Shown one piece after another: positions 58,697 through 64,000 of a stretch of DNA of 64,000 nucleotides; positions within the stretch are counted from its first letter, which is position 1, and each line of letters begins with the position of its first letter. Position numbers and translations under genes: made by a program. Where the stretch lies: the NCBI GenBank assembly GCA_977017575.1, contig CDRNVI010000190.1, positions 62,001 through 126,000 on the forward strand. The letters are read 5' to 3'. The notes under the pieces are model-generated. The model made no database searches. It was not told the origin of the DNA and saw nothing but the letters and a program-made list of their open reading frames with translations. Source of the stretch: Paramoeba atlantica. Its lineage: Eukaryota > Protista > Discosea.

Positions 58697-59578
58697 ATGG
58701 CTGACCAGGACCTCTTAATCAAACTTCTTTTGATTGGTGACAGCGGTTCGTTTTCGAGAAAAAACTTCTTTTCTTTTTCACAAAACTCTTCTCAACCGAT
58801 TTCTTCGACAATCTTAGGTGTGGGAAAGACATCTGTTCTCATTCGTTTCGCGGAAGATTCTTTTACTCCCAACTATGTTACAACAATCGGAATTGACTTT
58901 CGAATTCGGACAATTGAATTAGGAGGGAAGAGAATGAAACTTCAACTTTGGGATACAGCTGGTCAAGAACGATATCAATCCATTACAAAAGGTGAGATTT
59001 TTTTTTTAATCTTCATCATCAATTTCATGAGAAAGAGATTGAGTTTCCTCTCAAATCAAAGGGTATTACCGTCATACAATGGGAATCATAGTTGTATATG
59101 ATGTCACCAACGAACATTCTTTTCGAAATCTTCGGCATTGGATTCGGAACATCGAAAAAGACGCCCCGCAGAATGTCATTCCAATCCTCGTTGGAAACAA
59201 GTGTGACCTTGTGGATGAAAAGGTTTTTTTTTCTTGAAAACTCTTTCCTTTCAAAATCTCTTCTCAAAAACTAAATGGATCAAAAAGGTGATTGAGACCA
59301 ATCGAGGGCAAGCTTTGGCAGACGAGAGGAAAATGCCTTTTTTTGAAACCAGCGCAAAAAATGGCGTAAATGTCGAAGAAGCATTCCTGACTTTAGTTCA
59401 TGCAATTCTTCAAGCAAGAAAAATTGACCTGAGTGACGGTCCAAAAGAGGTTGCTTCAAAAGAGGCAAAGCCACCAATCGATATTGGGAAACAAATGCCA
59501 CACCAACACCCAGACAAAATAACCCCTCCCCCTCCAAATGATACAAATGGTTGTTGTTCAGGAGCAGGGCAAAAGTAG
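58697..59578 (+). CDS. Rab GTPase, Rab8/Sec4-like
   Basis: [34 protein letters not shown] and ETSAK, with a CC motif near the C-terminus. Three introns. Confidence 0.92.
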
Positions 59579-59847
59579 AGAAAAACTCATGAAAAAGGAG
59601 TATTTAAAGAAGAAACTTCAAACAAAAAATTCAAAAAGCAAAAAGAAACTCTTCAAATGATCAATCGAGTAATTCCAACAACCCAAAAAAAATTGGCTCA
59701 AAAAACGAGTTATTTTTTCAAAGGACTGGAAAACCCAAAAAACACCAAAACGACTCTTTCTCTCCTTTTTCGCCCAATCCGTTTTCGTATTGTATTTTTC
59801 TCTCTCTCTCTTCCTGTCTCTTCTTTTCCTCCCTTCATTCCTGCCTA

Positions 59848-60442
59848 ATGGCGGAAGAACCTTCATACAATTACTCTCAGATTGATGAGGACGAGGTGCG
59901 TGGTTCTCTTGAAGAGCGTGTTTCGCTTGAGGAACGTGTTTCGCTTGAGGAACGTGTATCACTTGAGGAACGTTCTTCCTTAGAGAAAGACTTCCCTGTT
60001 GATCCTCTCATTCCACCGCACCCTCCTCGGCGGTCTGCCACCCCAGACGCAAGTATCTTTCAAAAGTTCTTTCTCCAAGTCTTTCTATTTTTTCTGTCTA
60101 AAACCCATTTTTTGAAAAGTTTACATTGGTCCAAACTGGACACCGTCGGGGGATCCCCTCTCTTCCGAACCCACTCACGTTCTTTTCTTTCAAAATATTT
60201 GTGCATCAACCTCACTAACATTACATCTCTAATAGATCACCTGTCACCACTGTGGGGCGGAAGGACAGTCATCTGTTGAATACGAATCAGGTCTCCTCAC
60301 TTGGCTTATTTGTGGGGCCTCTTGCATGGCGGGTTGTTGGTTAGGATGCTGTACAATCCCGTTCTGTGTAAAGTGTGTGCAAGATGCTGTTCACAGATGC
60401 GCATCTTGTGGTCGTGTAGTGGGAGTTTTCAAACCTCTCTAG
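59848..60442 (+). CDS. LITAF/SIMPLE-domain protein
   Basis: Two introns. Last exon ITCHHCG..YESGLLTWL..GCWLGCCTIPFC..QDAVHRCASCG..G is the LITAF zinc ribbon with its hydrophobic insert. Confidence 0.88.
59905..59985 (+). repeat. 18-nt coding tandem repeat (SLEERV x ~4.5)
   Basis: tcgcttgaggaacgtgtt-like units in LITAF exon 1. Confidence 0.9.
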
Positions 60443-60583
60443 CCTCCCTTGTACAGCCGGACAAACAACAAAAAATGAAGTTCTTATTTATTCATTGCGA
60501 ACTGAGTGCTTTGTTTGCTGGGGGGTAGTTTTGGTTCAACACACCATTATGTTTCATCAGAGATCACTTTACCACTGATTTTT

Positions 60584-62997
60584 TCAACCTTGGTGAACAA
60601 TTTCATAGTTTTCAACTTCCAAACGAGACTCAAGAGAAAAAGGGACTGCTCGTTCATTTTCAACTAAACAGACTTTCTCGATCTAAAAAGAGACATTCCC
60701 TTTAGAATTTAATTGCTTAATTTTTTTTTTGGATGAGAAAAAAAGACCTGGAAATTGGGAACACTTGATGACGAAAGGAAACCAACATGGATTGGGAAGA
60801 AGATCGAAGAATCTCCCTCAACTTGAACCTTAAAGTTCAAAGAGGCACTTGTTACATTTTCGTCGAGAGATTGAATCTGCCAAACCAACACCCCTGCACT
60901 CTCGTCAAAGTGATATTGTCCATCAACATTCTCAACACTTGGGACAAAGGATCTTGATGAAAGAAGAAAAAAAAGAATTATGAATAACTAATTTTGCTTC
61001 CACAAAAAAATTCGAGAACAAACCTTGTTGGGATATGGATTTCAATGAAATTCAAACTCATGTGTTGTTGTTGGAGTTCACATTCCAAAGCACACGAAGT
61101 TGTTCCATCACCATTCTGAGTGGGCCAACAAGTAACTAGAGGATCCAGCAGCAGGTGTGAGAGACAGTTTACCAAAAAAAAAAGAGAGAATTTTAAAAAA
61201 AAAAAATAACTGAACCTGATAATGGAAGTTCTTCTTCTCTTGAAGAAACACATCGATATTTCAGAACTCCAAGGGGATTTCCTGTTGGATAAGGTTGTGA
61301 TGGATTCTTTAGAATCAACACGCTCTCCCGAGAGAAGCGTGCCTTGTCAATATTTGGATGGGTCTTTTCAAAATTGAAATGAGTTGTTATGCAAGTAAGA
61401 GAAAAAGAAGATTAAAGAGACCTTATATTGAACAGAAGTCACAGGTTTTTGCACGACAGTGAAGACTTTGGCACAATTTGGATCGTTGATCAAAACACTA
61501 AGATCTCCCTTTACTTCCATGGATACGTCTCCATCATGTTGGATAACCACACTAATCTTCTCATCTTGAAGAACATGTACATTCCTAGAATAGTTTTTTG
61601 AGAAAGAAACGAGAAAAGTTGAAAAAGGAATTGGAACAAAAGACAAACTTTTGTTCAACTTGTTGCTGTTGTTGCTGCTGCTGTTGCTGTGGTTGTTGTT
61701 GTGGTGGTGGGAGTTCGGGTTCTTGGTGAGAACTTTCAATTTCAATATTTAATTCTATGAAAAAAAAAAGAATGTGAGAAAGAGTTCCTCAATCCTTAAA
61801 TATGGAAGCAATCAAATGTGAGAACTGTCCAAAAATTCGTTTTTCTTGCTGACAGGTCCCAAACTCATTCCTTTGCGTTCTCTTTTCGGTTGTGCTTTTG
61901 GGCTACTCTTTTTTGATTAGAAAAAAAAAAGAAAAAGAATTGAATTTAAAAAAAACCTAGAAATAGAGGCCATTGTTGTACTTGACGTTGGTTGATACGG
62001 TGTGATAACTTGAGGAGTGTAGCTCGAATTTCCCCCGTAGACCCCGTCGTTTTGGACTTGCTAGTAAGCTATTTTTAAGAAAGGAAAGGGAGAGAACAAA
62101 TTGGGAAACTTACCCTTGAGTCTCTGCGATCTTGTTCGATTTGGTGTTGACGTCTCTTTGCTTCTTCCATGGCCTCTCTTCTTTTACTCTGACACTTGAA
62201 TTAAGGATCGAGAAAAAAAGACAGAAAGGGAAAAGGGAGATGAGAACCTTTTCAATCATTTCATAAAGACGCTCATCTTGGCTGTCCATTTCGAGATATT
62301 GATGGATTTGTGGAAGAGTGACTTTTTCTCTGTTATTTTTTTCAAAAAAAAAACCAAGAGAGACATCTTCGATTCCCAACACAGCCTCTCTTTTCTTAAT
62401 CAAACCAAAAACAATATTTTACCTGTAACCTCCAGTAATAACTTCATCGAAAGCGAAAGTCAAGTCCAAAGCTTTATGAATCACATCCTCTTCATCGAAC
62501 CCACGGCAAATATCTGTCGTCTATTTAAAAATAAATATAAAAGTTACAAAGAAAGAAAACAAAGAGAAAAGGAATGAAAAGGGAAAAAGAATACCACGCG
62601 AACAATTAGTTGAAGAGTCTCAAGATCTTCCAAAATATTGGAAGACTTGTTTGTAACCAGAACAACATAATATTGATCCAAAGGTTGGTACAAATATCGA
62701 ACTGAATCTGTTTCCAGATAGGTGTGGTGTTTGTCTAGCATTTTTGAGGAAAAGAGAGTCAAAAGAGAGAGAAAAAGAAACAAAAGAAAAGGGAAAGGAC
62801 AAACCTGCACTCCCCAATAATTTTGGAAAAGCAGCAAGGAGACCCTCGATCCTCAATCGAGGGATGTTTTGGAATTGCCTTGCCACCATGACTTTCCCTC
62901 CTTTTGAACAAATTGCTGTTGATAACACCACCTGTTCCATAATGTTTGAGAACATTTTAACAAGAGGCAAAAGAAGAAGAAAAAGATGAAGAACCAT
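60584..62997 (-). CDS. ARCN1 (delta-COP): Coatomer subunit delta
   Basis: ATG-only exon at 62997, then [47 protein letters not shown] and [10 protein letters not shown], with a mu-homology C-terminus. Stop at 60584. Confidence 0.93.
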
Positions 62998-64000
62998 CTT
63001 GTTTTTCTTGTTGCTGTCTCACGAAAGAGAAGAGAAAAAGAAAAACATGAAAAAAAAGAGGCAAAGAAAAAACGTGTTGGTCGCTACATTAACCGGAACT
63101 TTTTTAAATTGGGAAGGTTTTCTTTTTGTTAGGAAAAGACTCCAAAAAAATAAAATTGAAATGTCAAAAGAGAATAATAATTTTCACAATGAAAAAATGC
63201 ATTTTTCTTTTTAAAATAACGTCGAAAAAATCGGAAGAAACACCTTTCATTTTGTGGAGCAGACGAAAGGCTGTGGTGGAAGTTTGGAAAAGATGAGAGC
63301 GAGAGACATTCACCTTTCCACCTTTCCACGAAAGTTCTTTGAAACTCTTTAAAATTTAAGGAAAAAGGACTTTTCTTGCAATGCAAGGGTGACCTGCAAA
63401 CCTCCCCTCACAACAACAACAGAGGAACTTTGTTTTTCTTTTTTTTGTGGCTCTCCCACTCGCGTACCTGCTTTTCTCCCGTCCCTTTGTTTTCCTCCCC
63501 TGGTTCTGATCCTCCCCGTTGTGTTTCTTTCTCGGTAGGTGATCGTCTCATTGGATCATACTCAAAGAAGGGGAATGCACAGAACAATTACCGTGGCTTA
63601 GAGGTGCAATTTACAGTTGGTGATTATCAACAAATTGAGAGGGGGCCAGGTTTTTTTAACTTGACGCTCCTGTTGTTGAAAACATTGTTTCTGAGGATAT
63701 CAACTTCTTCTCTTTCTAGAATTTCTTATCAACTGATCAAGGCATCTTCCCGAATCTGAGAGTATTTTTGTTTATGATGTCGCCGCAACGCCAGACCCTC
63801 CAATGGCTTGTGGTGACAATCTTGGAATTATCGAGTGAATTGGCATGCTGATTGTACAAAATTTACTTTGTTGCTCATTGACGATCCTTGTGAGGGAAGA
63901 ATCGAGCTGTGGGATAGGATGTCCCTTTCGAAACCCAAACCAGAGGAGGAGTGCTCGATTTTCACTGGTTCACTCGCCTGATTTGAAGACCAACAACATC

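Noticed and set aside
58697-62997. Functional trafficking cluster (Rab, LITAF, delta-COP)
   Set aside because: Adjacent trafficking genes are expected by chance in a compact genome; there is no evidence of co-regulation.
63770-63855. Box C/D snoRNA (ATGATG...CTGA)
   Set aside because: These short motifs are expected by chance; the terminal stem is unconvincing and I could not identify an rRNA guide.
63757-63985. TGA read-through (Sec or Trp) or an alternative genetic code
   Set aside because: Other genes here end normally in TGA (START, delta-COP, helicase). The other plus frames are also TGA-biased, there is no recognisable protein, and no SECIS could be shown.
1-64000. CRISPR arrays, rRNA, snRNA or intact mobile elements
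   Set aside because: None found: no repeat-spacer structure, no rRNA or snRNA motifs recognised, and no transposase, integrase or reverse-transcriptase ORFs.

Overview
Gene-dense, AT-rich eukaryotic DNA with short spliceosomal introns and the standard genetic code. It is probably a free-living protist; the lineage cannot be fixed from this window. About 30 protein-coding loci and one tRNA can be supported. Housekeeping genes: LSM8, PRP40, calmodulin, Der/EngA GTPase (with a tRNA-Pro(AGG) in one intron), a DEAD-box helicase, a Rab8/Sec4-like GTPase, delta-COP, and START, LITAF, MAPEG, FYVE-WD40 and FYR-PWWP proteins. Three accessory blocks stand out. (1) 41.4-56.4 kb: three tandem SMYD-type SET/MYND methyltransferase paralogues. 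Two continue in frame, through near-identical 56-61 nt phase-1 introns, into four exon-encoded atypical C2H2-like zinc-finger modules each. These modules vary mostly between the second Cys and first His, an architecture analogous to PRDM9. What the ORF track shows as eight small separate ORFs are exons of these genes. (2) 18.9-24.4 kb: a tandem array of about 146-155 aa proteins resembling a degenerate small-GTPase fold (5 intact, 2 pseudogenes), interrupted by an inverted TBC/RabGAP gene lacking the Gln finger. (3) 24.6-32 kb: a secreted, bacterial-type alpha-2-macroglobulin without a thioester motif. Gene models were built by eye from GT-AG junctions and frame continuity; domain calls come from motif recognition, not database searches.
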